From the NCBI GenBank assembly GCA_041659285.1, contig JBAZYO010000018.1, positions 14,181-78,180 on the forward strand: a stretch of DNA of 64,000 nt, given 5' to 3'. Shown one piece after another: positions 9,650 through 17,764 of this stretch. This DNA comes from Vicinamibacterales bacterium. Lineage in GTDB: Bacteria > Acidobacteriota > Vicinamibacteria > Vicinamibacterales > UBA2999. Position numbers and translations under genes: made by a program. The stretch's first letter is position 1; the number at the start of each line of letters is the position of its first letter. Under the pieces are notes generated by a model. It worked only from the letters and a program-made list of their open reading frames with translations. It made no database searches and had not been told where the DNA came from.

Positions 9650-10767
9650 GCCAGGGTAAGGGACCAGGAACGAAGGTCCGGCGCAAGCGCGGTGACGCGG
9701 CGGCGCCGGCGCCACCACCGCCCGCCGTGACGCGGCCCGCGCTGCCGTCCGTGCAGTTCACCGCTGACGCCGACAACCAGGGCGACCGGCTCGACCGGTT
9801 CCTGGCCGGCGAGATCGCGGATTACTCGCGATCGCAAATCCAGCGGCTGATCGAACAGGGCCACGTCACCCACTCGCGTTACCAGCAGGCCAAGGCCAAC
9901 TCCGACATCCGCGAAGGCGACGTGATCTCGGTGGCATTGCCTGCGCCGACGGCCACCGCGGCGCAAGCCGAGAACCTCCCCCTCGAGATCCTCTTCGACG
10001 ACGCCGACATCGTCGTGGTGAACAAGCCGGCCGGCATGGTCGTGCATCCGGCGGCGGGCAATCCGTCGGGCACGCTGGTCAATGCCCTGCTCCACCACGT
10101 CAAGGACCTGAGCGGCATCGGCGGAGAGATCCGGCCGGGCATCGTGCATCGGCTCGACAAGGGCACCTCGGGCGTGATGGTGGTGGCGAAGAATGACGAC
10201 GCGCACCGGGAGCTGACGCGGCAGTTCCACGACCGCGAGGTCGAGAAGGAATACGTGGCGCTGGCCTGGGGGCTGGTGCAGCAGCGCAAGCGCATCAACG
10301 CCAGGATTGGCCGCGACCCCAAGAACCGCGTGAAGATGTCGACGCGCGCCAGCCGCTCGCGGGACGCCATCACGCGCGTGACCTGGTCGCGCGACCTGCA
10401 GGGCGTGACGCTGCTGCGCGTGGCGATTGCGACGGGACGCACGCACCAGATTCGCGTCCACCTGAGCGCGATCGGCCATCCCATTGTCGGCGACTCGCTC
10501 TACGGCGGCGTCCACCGGCGCGTGCCGCATCCGCTCAAGGCGGTGACGAGGCTGACCCGCCCGTTCCTGCACGCCGAGCGGCTGGTCATCACGCATCCGC
10601 GGACCGGGGAGCGCATGGAATTCACGGCGCCGATTCCCGCCGACCTCGAAGCGATTGCCTACGAGCTGGCGCCACCGGAGATCCGCGAGACCGTGTTCGC
10701 GCGGGTGTCGATCGCCGAAGAAACCCACCACGACGAAGACGGCGAAGACGACGAAGACGACAAGTAG
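9646..10767 (+). CDS. rluD: RluA/RluD-family 23S rRNA pseudouridine synthase with S4 domain
   Basis: Has an S4-like RLDRFLA segment and the catalytic HRLDKGTSGVMVVAK motif. ATGA overlap with the lgt stop. Carries an unusual acidic tail, EETHHDEDGEDDEDDK. Confidence 0.9.
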   Translation: MSQGKGPGTKVRRKRGDAAAPAPPPPAVTRPALPSVQFTADADNQGDRLDRFLAGEIADYSRSQIQRLIEQGHVTHSRYQQAKANSDIREGDVISVALPAPTATAAQAENLPLEILFDDADIVVVNKPAGMVVHPAAGNPSGTLVNALLHHVKDLSGIGGEIRPGIVHRLDKGTSGVMVVAKNDDAHRELTRQFHDREVEKEYVALAWGLVQQRKRINARIGRDPKNRVKMSTRASRSRDAITRVTWSRDLQGVTLLRVAIATGRTHQIRVHLSAIGHPIVGDSLYGGVHRRVPHPLKAVTRLTRPFLHAERLVITHPRTGERMEFTAPIPADLEAIAYELAPPEIRETVFARVSIAEETHHDEDGEDDEDDK

Positions 10768-10801
10768 ACGACGGCGGGCGGGGCTGTGCCACACTGGGCC
10801 C

Positions 10802-12583
10802 ATGCTCAAGCTGGCGACGGCCGTCATCCTGTTCGCAACGCTGTGCGCGCCGGTCTACGCGCAGGGGCCCGCCAAGAAACGGCCGCTCGGCCCCACCGTC
10901 AACACCACGACCCATCGCGAATTGCTGCCGGTGATCAGCCCCGACGGGCAGACGCTGTGGTTCATCCGCGAAGGTGTGGACACCGCGATGGGCGATCGCG
11001 TCACCAGCGAACTCGAAGCCAACCTCAAGACGCTCGAGGCGCAGCTGGAAAAGCTGCCGCCCGAACAGCGGAAGATGCTGGAGGACGTGATCAGGCAGAA
11101 CCGCGCCGCCGCGCCGAAACTCGCCACGGCCGGGCCGGTCAAGCAGACGGTGTTCAAGTCCACGCGCCAGCCGGATGGATCCTGGGGACCGGCGCAGCGG
11201 CAAGCCGCGCCCCTCAACAACGAGGTGTCGAACTCCGGCGTGGTGACCGCGCTGCCGGACGGCAACACGCTGCTGGTCGGCACCTGGAAGGCCGGCGATC
11301 CGTTCGGCGACTTCGCGAAGCAGATCGATCCGAACGTGAACCTGCTGGACGTGCTCAAGGCGGCGGCACCGGGTTCGAAAGCGGCGCCGCCCCCGCTGGT
11401 CGCCCCGGATCCGGCGCGCGACGACCAGAACAAGGTCATCGGCTTCAGCCGGCGCCGCGGCGCGGCGTGGAGCGATCCGCAGCTCCTGAAGGTGATCGGC
11501 TACGCGCACCAGGCCGGTGTCCGCAGCGACTACTTCCTCGCGCCCAACGGCCGCGCGCTGATCCTCTCGCTCGTCAACAGCGAGAGCCAGAACCGCAGCC
11601 GCGACCTGTTCATCTCATTGATCCAGGCCGACGGTCGCTGGTCGAAGCCGGCCAACGTCGCCACCCTCAATTCGCCGCAGGAGGAGATTTCGCCCTGGCT
11701 CGCGCCCGACAACCAGACGCTGTATTTCTCCTCCGGCCGCGCCGGCGGGCTCGGCGAGAACGACATCTGGATGTCGCGGCGGCTCGATGACAGCTGGCTC
11801 AAGTGGTCGCCGCCGCAGAACCTCGGCGCCGACATCAACACCAAACAGGCGGACATGAACCTGGCCGTGGACGCCACCGGCCGGATGGCATTCATGTCGC
11901 TGGGCGAGCGCGGCAAGGAGGATCTCTACGAGTTCGAGTTGCCGGCGGCCATGCGGCCGCTGCCGGTGGCCTTCGTCTACGGAACGGCCACCGACCCGGC
12001 CGGCAAGCCGGTGCCGGCGGGCATCCTGTATGAGTTCCTGAAGAACACCCAGCTGGCGGGCCAGGCCGGCGCCAACCCGCAGGACGGCAAGTATCAGATC
12101 GCGTTGCCGATTGGCGAAGACTACGGCTTTCGCGCCTCGGCGTCCGGCTACATCGCGATCAGCGATCGCATCGACCTCAGGCAGGCGAAAGACCAACAGC
12201 GCTACGAGCGCAACCTGGTCCTCATCCCCATCGCCACGGACGTGCCGATCCGCCTGAACAACATCTTCTTCGACACCGCCAAGACCGAGTTGCTGCCGGA
12301 GTCGCGCGCTGAACTCGACCGCCTCGCCACGCTGCTCCGCGACATGCCGGCGATGCGGATCGAAATTCGCGGGCACACCGACACGGTGGATGACGACGCG
12401 TTCAACTTGAAGCTGTCGGAGGGCCGCGCCGCCGCGGTGGTGGCCTTCCTGGCCAAGGCCGGCATCGCCGGCGCCCGGCTGCGGTCGCGAGGGTTTGGCG
12501 AGTCGCAACCGATTGCGCCGAACGACACCGAGAAGAACCGCTTGCTGAACCGCCGCGTCGAGTTCGTGATCCTGTCGCGGTAG
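10802..12583 (+). CDS. Envelope protein: PD40 (TolB-like) beta-propeller repeats plus OmpA-like peptidoglycan-binding domain
   Basis: Has a signal peptide (LCAPVYA-QG). PD40-like repeats include SPDGQTLWF, APNGRALIL and APDNQTLYFSS...NDIWMS. The C-terminal OmpA_C motif is RIEIRGHTD...NRRVEFVIL. The start was set at the ATG of MLKLATAV. Confidence 0.85.
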   Translation: MLKLATAVILFATLCAPVYAQGPAKKRPLGPTVNTTTHRELLPVISPDGQTLWFIREGVDTAMGDRVTSELEANLKTLEAQLEKLPPEQRKMLEDVIRQNRAAAPKLATAGPVKQTVFKSTRQPDGSWGPAQRQAAPLNNEVSNSGVVTALPDGNTLLVGTWKAGDPFGDFAKQIDPNVNLLDVLKAAAPGSKAAPPPLVAPDPARDDQNKVIGFSRRRGAAWSDPQLLKVIGYAHQAGVRSDYFLAPNGRALILSLVNSESQNRSRDLFISLIQADGRWSKPANVATLNSPQEEISPWLAPDNQTLYFSSGRAGGLGENDIWMSRRLDDSWLKWSPPQNLGADINTKQADMNLAVDATGRMAFMSLGERGKEDLYEFELPAAMRPLPVAFVYGTATDPAGKPVPAGILYEFLKNTQLAGQAGANPQDGKYQIALPIGEDYGFRASASGYIAISDRIDLRQAKDQQRYERNLVLIPIATDVPIRLNNIFFDTAKTELLPESRAELDRLATLLRDMPAMRIEIRGHTDTVDDDAFNLKLSEGRAAAVVAFLAKAGIAGARLRSRGFGESQPIAPNDTEKNRLLNRRVEFVILSR

Positions 12584-12586
12584 GGA

Positions 12587-13591
12587 TCAGCGGCGGTAGC
12601 GGTCTTCAAGGAAGCCGTAGAACATGAAGCCGTAGCGCACCGACCAGTCGGGGTTGTCGAAGAAGCGCGCTTCGCAGGCGCCGATGCTGGCCAGGTCTTC
12701 GCGCACGTAGCCGAGCAGCTCGCGGTACTTGGCGTCGTACGAGCCGCCCAGTTGATCGACCGCGCGCTCGATCTTGCGGCGCTCCTGCTGCCACGCCAGC
12801 CCGGAGATGGCGTGCACGCTGCTGACGTTGTCGCCGAACGACTTGGCACGCTCCGAATATTCCTTGTTCCAGTTGTAGATGCAGCGCAGCTTCTCGAGGT
12901 TGCCGCGGGTGCGGTCGAGGCGGCCGTAGGCCTGCGAATAGCACGACGCGCACTCCGCCGACCCCGCGCACATCGACGGCACGATCGGCATCGCCGCCGG
13001 CGAGGTGTTCGACAGGCAGGTGTGATCGCTCGGGTGCAGGATCTGCCAGGCCTCCAGCGCGGTGGTCGCCGCGGCCAGACCGCGATCGAGCGCGCCCTGG
13101 AACATCTGCCGGCTGCGCTCCATCGAGTTACGCAGCGCCTCGGACGTGCGCCGGTCGAGGTCGGCGGCGCGCCGGAAGTTCTCCTCGGCCTGCCGCTGGA
13201 CCTCCGCCGATCGGCGCTGCATCTCCCGCGCCTGCTCGGGTGTCGGGATGTCCCGGCCGGGCTCGAGTTGCTGGACGTTGTCGTTGCGGCGGAACGGATC
13301 GATCTCCCGGTTGCGCTGGTCCTGGCGCATGATCTCGAGATCGCGCGGCGTGATTTCCCGCATCTCGCCGGCGCGGTTGCCGCGCTGCTGGTCGATCATC
13401 CGGTTCAAGTCGCTCTGGTCGATGCGCCGCATCTCGCCGACGTTGCGGCCCGAGGCGCCAAAGCCCGCCGCGCGGGCCGGCACCTGGCGCATGGCGGGCT
13501 CGGTCCGCGCCGTGGCGGGATCGGTGGGCTGGCCCAGTGCCGCCGCCGGCAATGCCACCAGGACGAGCAGAACGAAAATCGCGCGGCGCAT
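12587..13591 (-). CDS. Secreted protein of unknown function (charged repeat region plus 6-Cys C-terminal domain)
   Basis: Has a signal peptide (ALPAAALG-QP). An internal duplicated segment reads AGEMRRIDQSDLNRMIDQQRGNR / AGEMREITPRDLEIMRQDQRNR. The C-terminal half contains 6 Cys. The start ATG overlaps the upstream stop by 1 nt (TAATG). Confidence 0.7.
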   Translation of the reverse strand: MRRAIFVLLVLVALPAAALGQPTDPATARTEPAMRQVPARAAGFGASGRNVGEMRRIDQSDLNRMIDQQRGNRAGEMREITPRDLEIMRQDQRNREIDPFRRNDNVQQLEPGRDIPTPEQAREMQRRSAEVQRQAEENFRRAADLDRRTSEALRNSMERSRQMFQGALDRGLAAATTALEAWQILHPSDHTCLSNTSPAAMPIVPSMCAGSAECASCYSQAYGRLDRTRGNLEKLRCIYNWNKEYSERAKSFGDNVSSVHAISGLAWQQERRKIERAVDQLGGSYDAKYRELLGYVREDLASIGACEARFFDNPDWSVRYGFMFYGFLEDRYRR

Positions 13592-14247
13592 TACTGTCCT
13601 CCCTGCTTTCGGCGCAGCATCCCGACGCCGACGAACACCAAGCCGAGAGCGGCCACCGCGCCCACGGCGAGGCCTGCCCAGGCGAACACACTCACGCCGG
13701 CCGGCGGCGCGGCGGCGGGCGCGGCATCGGTGGCGGCCGCGGTCGTCTTCAACCTGGCCAGCGTCGCGGCGTCGTAGTTCGCCACCGGCGCGAGAAACGA
13801 CTGCGTTTCGGGCGGCGTGATGTCGCCCGCCCAAACCGCCAGCATGAAGGGCACTGCCGCGCCGCCGGGGGCGCTGACGCCGATGCCGAAGTCGCCGTGC
13901 GTGCGGAGCTGGATGGTGGCGGTGCCGTCGCTGCCGGTAGTGGCGTGCTGCTCGGGCTCGTCGAAGTTGTCCTTCACGATCACGACGTTCACCGGCTTCG
14001 CGATGTCGCCCGACGACACCACGACGGTGACCGGCTGCGCCACGTCAAGGCCCTCGACCGCGAAGCGCGCGAGCGCCGCCGCCGTGACACCCTGAGCCAC
14101 GGCAATCCTGCCGGGCCCGAGGTCTTCACCAGATTCGAGAACAAGCTTGAGTGGCGGTGGAGGCGCGGGCTGCTGAGCGGACCCTGCGCTGGCGCCGGCA
14201 ACCGCCAGCATCATCACCAGCAAGGCTGGACATCGACGGTGCGGCAT
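13591..14247 (-). CDS. Signal-peptide protein with C-terminal transmembrane anchor, unknown function
   Basis: The internal ATG start MPHRRCPALLVMMLAVAGASAGSA gives a signal peptide. There is an Ala/Pro-rich linker, then a TM helix FAWAGLAVGAVAALGLVFVGVGML followed by RRK. Confidence 0.65.
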   Translation of the reverse strand: MPHRRCPALLVMMLAVAGASAGSAQQPAPPPPLKLVLESGEDLGPGRIAVAQGVTAAALARFAVEGLDVAQPVTVVVSSGDIAKPVNVVIVKDNFDEPEQHATTGSDGTATIQLRTHGDFGIGVSAPGGAAVPFMLAVWAGDITPPETQSFLAPVANYDAATLARLKTTAAATDAAPAAAPPAGVSVFAWAGLAVGAVAALGLVFVGVGMLRRKQGGQ

Positions 14248-14314
14248 GCCGATCAGCCTAACATAGCGGTCACGCCGCGCGCCCCGACCTTCGGAGTGTA
14301 GTAACGTGCCGCCC

Positions 14315-15037
14315 ATGAATCGACGCGCCTTCATTTCGTTGAGTGCCGCCGGCGCCGTGGGCCTGCTGCACGGCTCGCCGCTCGCCGCGCAGGAGCCGGC
14401 ACCCGCGGCGGTCCCCTACGGCCAGAGCCGCCTCGGGATCTCGGACGACGACCGCGACGGCACGCTCTACGTGCCCAAGAGCTACCAGCCCGGCGTGCCG
14501 ATGCCGCTGATGATGATGCTGCACGGCTTTGCCGGCACCGGCGAGGGCGTGCGCGGCATGTTCCCGCTGGCCGAGGAGTTCGGCGTGATCATGATCGCCC
14601 CTGAATCGCGCGGGCTCACCTGGGGCCGGTCCATTCCCGGGTTCGACGACGATGTCCGCTACCTCGGGCCGGCGTATCGCCACGTCGCCGGCCTCGTCGA
14701 CATCGACACCACGCGCGTCGCGCTCGGCGGCGTCTCCGACGGCGCCGGTTACGCGCTCTCCATGGGCCTCGCCTACGGCAACAGCTTCAATCACCTGATC
14801 ATCTTGATGGGCGGCCAGATGGTCCCCTACCGCAATCAAGGCAAGCCGAAGATCTTCATGGCGCACGGCGTCAACGACACCCAGATGCCGATCGACAAGA
14901 CGGCCCGGGTCTACGTCCCGAAGCTGAAGGCCGACGGCTACGACGTCACGTATCACGAGTACGACGGCGGCCATCGCGTGCCGCCGGACGAGATCCGGGC
15001 GGCCTTCAAGTGGTTGGTCGAATCCAAGCCGCAGTGA
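14315..15037 (+). CDS. Alpha/beta hydrolase (phospholipase/carboxylesterase-like) with Tat-like signal
   Basis: Has an MNRRAFISLSAAGAVG twin-Arg-like leader, the LHGFAGTG motif, a nucleophile elbow GVSDG and a C-terminal YDGGH motif. Confidence 0.8.
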   Translation: MNRRAFISLSAAGAVGLLHGSPLAAQEPAPAAVPYGQSRLGISDDDRDGTLYVPKSYQPGVPMPLMMMLHGFAGTGEGVRGMFPLAEEFGVIMIAPESRGLTWGRSIPGFDDDVRYLGPAYRHVAGLVDIDTTRVALGGVSDGAGYALSMGLAYGNSFNHLIILMGGQMVPYRNQGKPKIFMAHGVNDTQMPIDKTARVYVPKLKADGYDVTYHEYDGGHRVPPDEIRAAFKWLVESKPQ

Positions 15038-15045
15038 GCGAACGC

Positions 15046-15579
15046 ATGGACAGCCAATCCGCCACCCTGCTGTCGCGCACCGTGGTCCACAGCGGACGCA
15101 TCTTCCGCCTCGAGATCGATCGCGTCACGCTGCCCGGCGGCCATACCATCGACATGGAACTGGTGCGGCATCCCGGCTCGGTCGTGTTGCTGCCGGTGCC
15201 GGAACCCGGATCGATCATCCTCATCCGCCAATACCGCTACGCCATCGATCGGTGGATCTGGGAACTGCCGGCGGGGACCCTCAAGCCCGGCGAGGACCTG
15301 GTGGCCGCGGCGGCAAGGGAATGCGAGGAAGAGATCGGGCTGGCGCCAGGACGAGTCACGCGGTTGCGAGGCTATTACCCGACGCCGGGATTCTGCGATG
15401 AGGAGATGACCTATTGCCTCTGCGAGGAGCTGCGTCCCCCCGCGCCGGACTCGACGGTGCAGAAAGACGAGGACGAGGACATCGAGCCGCGCACGTTCAC
15501 GGTCGGCGAGGCGCGCGGCCTGGTGGCCTCGGGCGAGATCGTGGACCTCAAGACGCTGGCCGGTTTGACGCTCGTCTAG
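15046..15579 (+). CDS. NUDIX hydrolase (ADP-ribose pyrophosphatase-like)
   Basis: Nudix box GTLKPGEDLVAAAARECEEEIGL. The start is at the ATG of MDSQSATLL; a GTG at 15034 overlapping the upstream stop is an alternative. Confidence 0.85.
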   Translation: MDSQSATLLSRTVVHSGRIFRLEIDRVTLPGGHTIDMELVRHPGSVVLLPVPEPGSIILIRQYRYAIDRWIWELPAGTLKPGEDLVAAAARECEEEIGLAPGRVTRLRGYYPTPGFCDEEMTYCLCEELRPPAPDSTVQKDEDEDIEPRTFTVGEARGLVASGEIVDLKTLAGLTLV

Positions 15580-15599
15580 GAGGCCCTGGTGCCCCGGCG

Positions 15600-15860
15600 C
15601 GTTCCAAGTCCAGACTCTTGGTTCTAATACAGGACACTAATGACTAAGTGGTTTGTTTTCATGTATTTAAACAAGAAATTGCCTCGATATCTGATTTTGT
15701 TTGTTCTATATTGATACGACAGTCATTATTGTCATGTCGATTACGGTTTCGTTGATCGAGCTGGACTTGGAGATTAGGGCCAAAAACAGCTGTTTCTGGC
15801 CTTCTTCGGCCAAAATTCGCGATCTGTCGGAAGTGGCAGCTCACTTGCTATGTGTGTGGG
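15600..15860. other. AT-rich island (about 36% GC by manual count over 15621-15780) in a roughly 67% GC background
   Basis: Direct base counting. No ORF with host-like codon usage. Contains a 24-codon ORF (15640-15714) and a palindromic operator-like site. Confidence 0.8.
15778..15816. promoter_or_regulatory. Operator-like palindrome GGCCAAAAACAGCTGTTTCTGGCC plus a third GGCCAAAA half-site
   Basis: 24-bp palindrome with 11 of 12 positions complementary (15778-15801). A further GGCCAAAAT half-site lies at 15808-15816. The site is about 60-95 nt upstream of the ATG at 15873. Confidence 0.45.
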
Positions 15861-15872
15861 CAGGTGACCGAC

Positions 15873-16325
15873 ATGAACGCCAACAAATTCGCTCGATGGA
15901 CCTTCAACCTGACACTCGCGTTGGTGCTGCTGGCAGCGGCTTCCACCACCGCACAGGCGCAGTCCCGCGACACCCGGGCTTCCTGGATGGCCGCCTCATC
16001 GAACCAAGCCGAGTTGACCGGGAACACCTGGGGACGGCTCACCCTCCTCGATGGCGTGCTGACCTTTCAGTCGTCGAACTACAGCTGGCGCATCGCGCTC
16101 ACGGAGATCACGCGAATCCAGTCCAGCAAGGAAGCCGCGCGCGCGTTCGTGGTTGAGACCGTGAGTGGCCAGCGCTACTACGTCGGCATCATGGACAGCA
16201 CGATGACCATGGCCTCGCCCGGCAAGACCATCCAGATGCTCCAGCGCGCGGTGCGTGAAGCCCCGCCGACGATCAGCCGGCCGACCATGGTCGCCGCCGC
16301 TGGTGGCAGCAGCGACGACAAGTAG
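15873..16325 (+). CDS. Small secreted protein of unknown function
   Basis: Start at the ATG of MNANKFARW. Signal peptide LLAAASTTAQA-QS. 150 aa with a beta-rich core and a low-complexity tail AAAGGSSDDK. Confidence 0.6.
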   Translation: MNANKFARWTFNLTLALVLLAAASTTAQAQSRDTRASWMAASSNQAELTGNTWGRLTLLDGVLTFQSSNYSWRIALTEITRIQSSKEAARAFVVETVSGQRYYVGIMDSTMTMASPGKTIQMLQRAVREAPPTISRPTMVAAAGGSSDDK

Positions 16326-16630
16326 CGCCGCGCGCGGGCGCGTTCGCACGGGCAGATAGTTCCGGAGTGAACGCGCTTCGCGCTCGCGCCGGGTGGCTGG
16401 CAGGCACGGGAGTCCTCCTGTTGAGTGCCTGCGGCCACCGCCGGTCTCCGCGCAGGTGGCCGTGGCCGCGGCGTACGAAGTGGCCCTGGATCGGTGGTCC
16501 TGCCGATTCGAAAACCCCTCGAGTTTCGACATCGCGGAGCTCGTCCCCTCACGACTGGAGAATCGAGCGCCGGAAGACCCTTGATTCGTTGCTGCCCGAC
16601 GAGCACAATGCAGGCCACGCGAGGTATCCC

Positions 16631-17755
16631 ATGAGAGTGTGGTCCACTGCGATCGTCTGTGCTGCCGTCGTCTCGGTGTCCTTGGCCGCTCAAGCGCCAC
16701 GCGGCGCGTCGGGGCCGCCCGAGCACGCCAAGGTCACGCCGATCAACAACCTTCCCAACCCGTACGAAACCGTCCGCAACTGGGGCACGCTCCCCGATGG
16801 ACGGAAATGGGGCTCGGTCAGCGCGATCAGCGTCGATGCCGACGGCAAGCACATCTGGGCCGGCGATCGCTGCGGCGCCAACTCCTGCGCCGGCTCGAAA
16901 GTGGATCCCATCGTCAAGCTGGATCCGGCCGGCAAGGTCGTGCAGAGCCTCGGCGCCGGGCTCATTCTCTGGCCCCACGGCATGGACGTCGACAAGCAGG
17001 GCAACGTGTGGGTGGTCGATGCCCGCTCGGCCACGGCCGCGGAGCTGAAGCAGTTTCCGGATGCGGCGGGCAAAGGCCACACGGTCCTGAAGTTCAGCCC
17101 GCAGGGAAAGCTGCTGCTGACGATTGGCACGCCGGGTGAAGCCGGCGATCCGCCGGCGAAGCTCACCGAGCCCAACGACGCGATCATCGCGCCCGATGGC
17201 AGCATCTTCGTGGCCGAGGCGCACAACGCGCAGTACCTGGACACGGCGGACCAGCCGGGCGCCATCGGCCGCATCTCGAAGTGGTCGGCCGACGGCAAGT
17301 TCATCAAGACCTTCGGCACCTTCGGCTTCGGCGCGGCGCAGTTCCGCGGGCCGCACTCGCTGGCGTTCGACTCGAAGGGGCGCCTGTTCGTGGCGGACCG
17401 CGGCAACCGCCGCATCCAGATCTTCGACCAGGAGGGCAAGCACCTCGACACGTGGTACCAGTTCAGCCGCATCAGCGGGCTCGTCATCACGCGCGACGAC
17501 ACCCTCTACGCGATCGACTCGGAGTCGGACGACAACTACAACCCGGGCTGGCGCAAGGGTCTGCGCGTCGGCAGCGCGCGCACCGGCGAGGTGTGGTACT
17601 TCGTGCCCGAACACGTGTCGAAGCAGGCCTCGGGCATGGGCGGTTACGGGTCGATGGGCGAAGGCGTCGCCGTTGACGGCCAGGGCAACGTCTACGCCGG
17701 CGAGGTGGGGCCGATCCAGGGGCTCACCAAGTTCATTCCGCGCTTGAAGCGCTGA
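16631..17755 (+). CDS. Secreted NHL-repeat beta-propeller protein (peptidylglycine amidating-lyase-like fold)
   Basis: Signal peptide VSVSLAAQA-P. NHL-like repeats include GMDVDKQGNVWVVD, PNDAIIAPDGSIFVAE, PHSLAFDSKGRLFVADRGNRRIQIF and others. The start was set at the internal ATG (MRVWSTAIV). Confidence 0.8.
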   Translation: MRVWSTAIVCAAVVSVSLAAQAPRGASGPPEHAKVTPINNLPNPYETVRNWGTLPDGRKWGSVSAISVDADGKHIWAGDRCGANSCAGSKVDPIVKLDPAGKVVQSLGAGLILWPHGMDVDKQGNVWVVDARSATAAELKQFPDAAGKGHTVLKFSPQGKLLLTIGTPGEAGDPPAKLTEPNDAIIAPDGSIFVAEAHNAQYLDTADQPGAIGRISKWSADGKFIKTFGTFGFGAAQFRGPHSLAFDSKGRLFVADRGNRRIQIFDQEGKHLDTWYQFSRISGLVITRDDTLYAIDSESDDNYNPGWRKGLRVGSARTGEVWYFVPEHVSKQASGMGGYGSMGEGVAVDGQGNVYAGEVGPIQGLTKFIPRLKR

Positions 17756-17764
17756 GGTTCACCG

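Noticed and set aside
15640-15714. 24-aa ORF in the AT-rich island, considered as a type I toxin.
   Set aside because: The hydrophobic stretches are too short for a single TM helix, and no obvious antisense RNA promoter or terminator was found. It is mentioned only as part of the AT-rich-island finding.
16393-16584. 63-aa ORF next to a PQQ dehydrogenase, considered as a PqqA-like precursor peptide.
   Set aside because: It has no E-x-x-x-Y motif characteristic of PqqA. It is far longer than PqqA peptides, and no pqqB-E genes are adjacent.
16367-16630. In-frame upstream start that would give the NHL protein a lipoprotein-like signal (LLLSAC).
   Set aside because: The 88 added residues are R/W/P-rich, with noticeably lower third-position GC than real genes here. 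A second, canonical signal peptide follows the ATG at 16631. This is kept only as an alternative in a finding.
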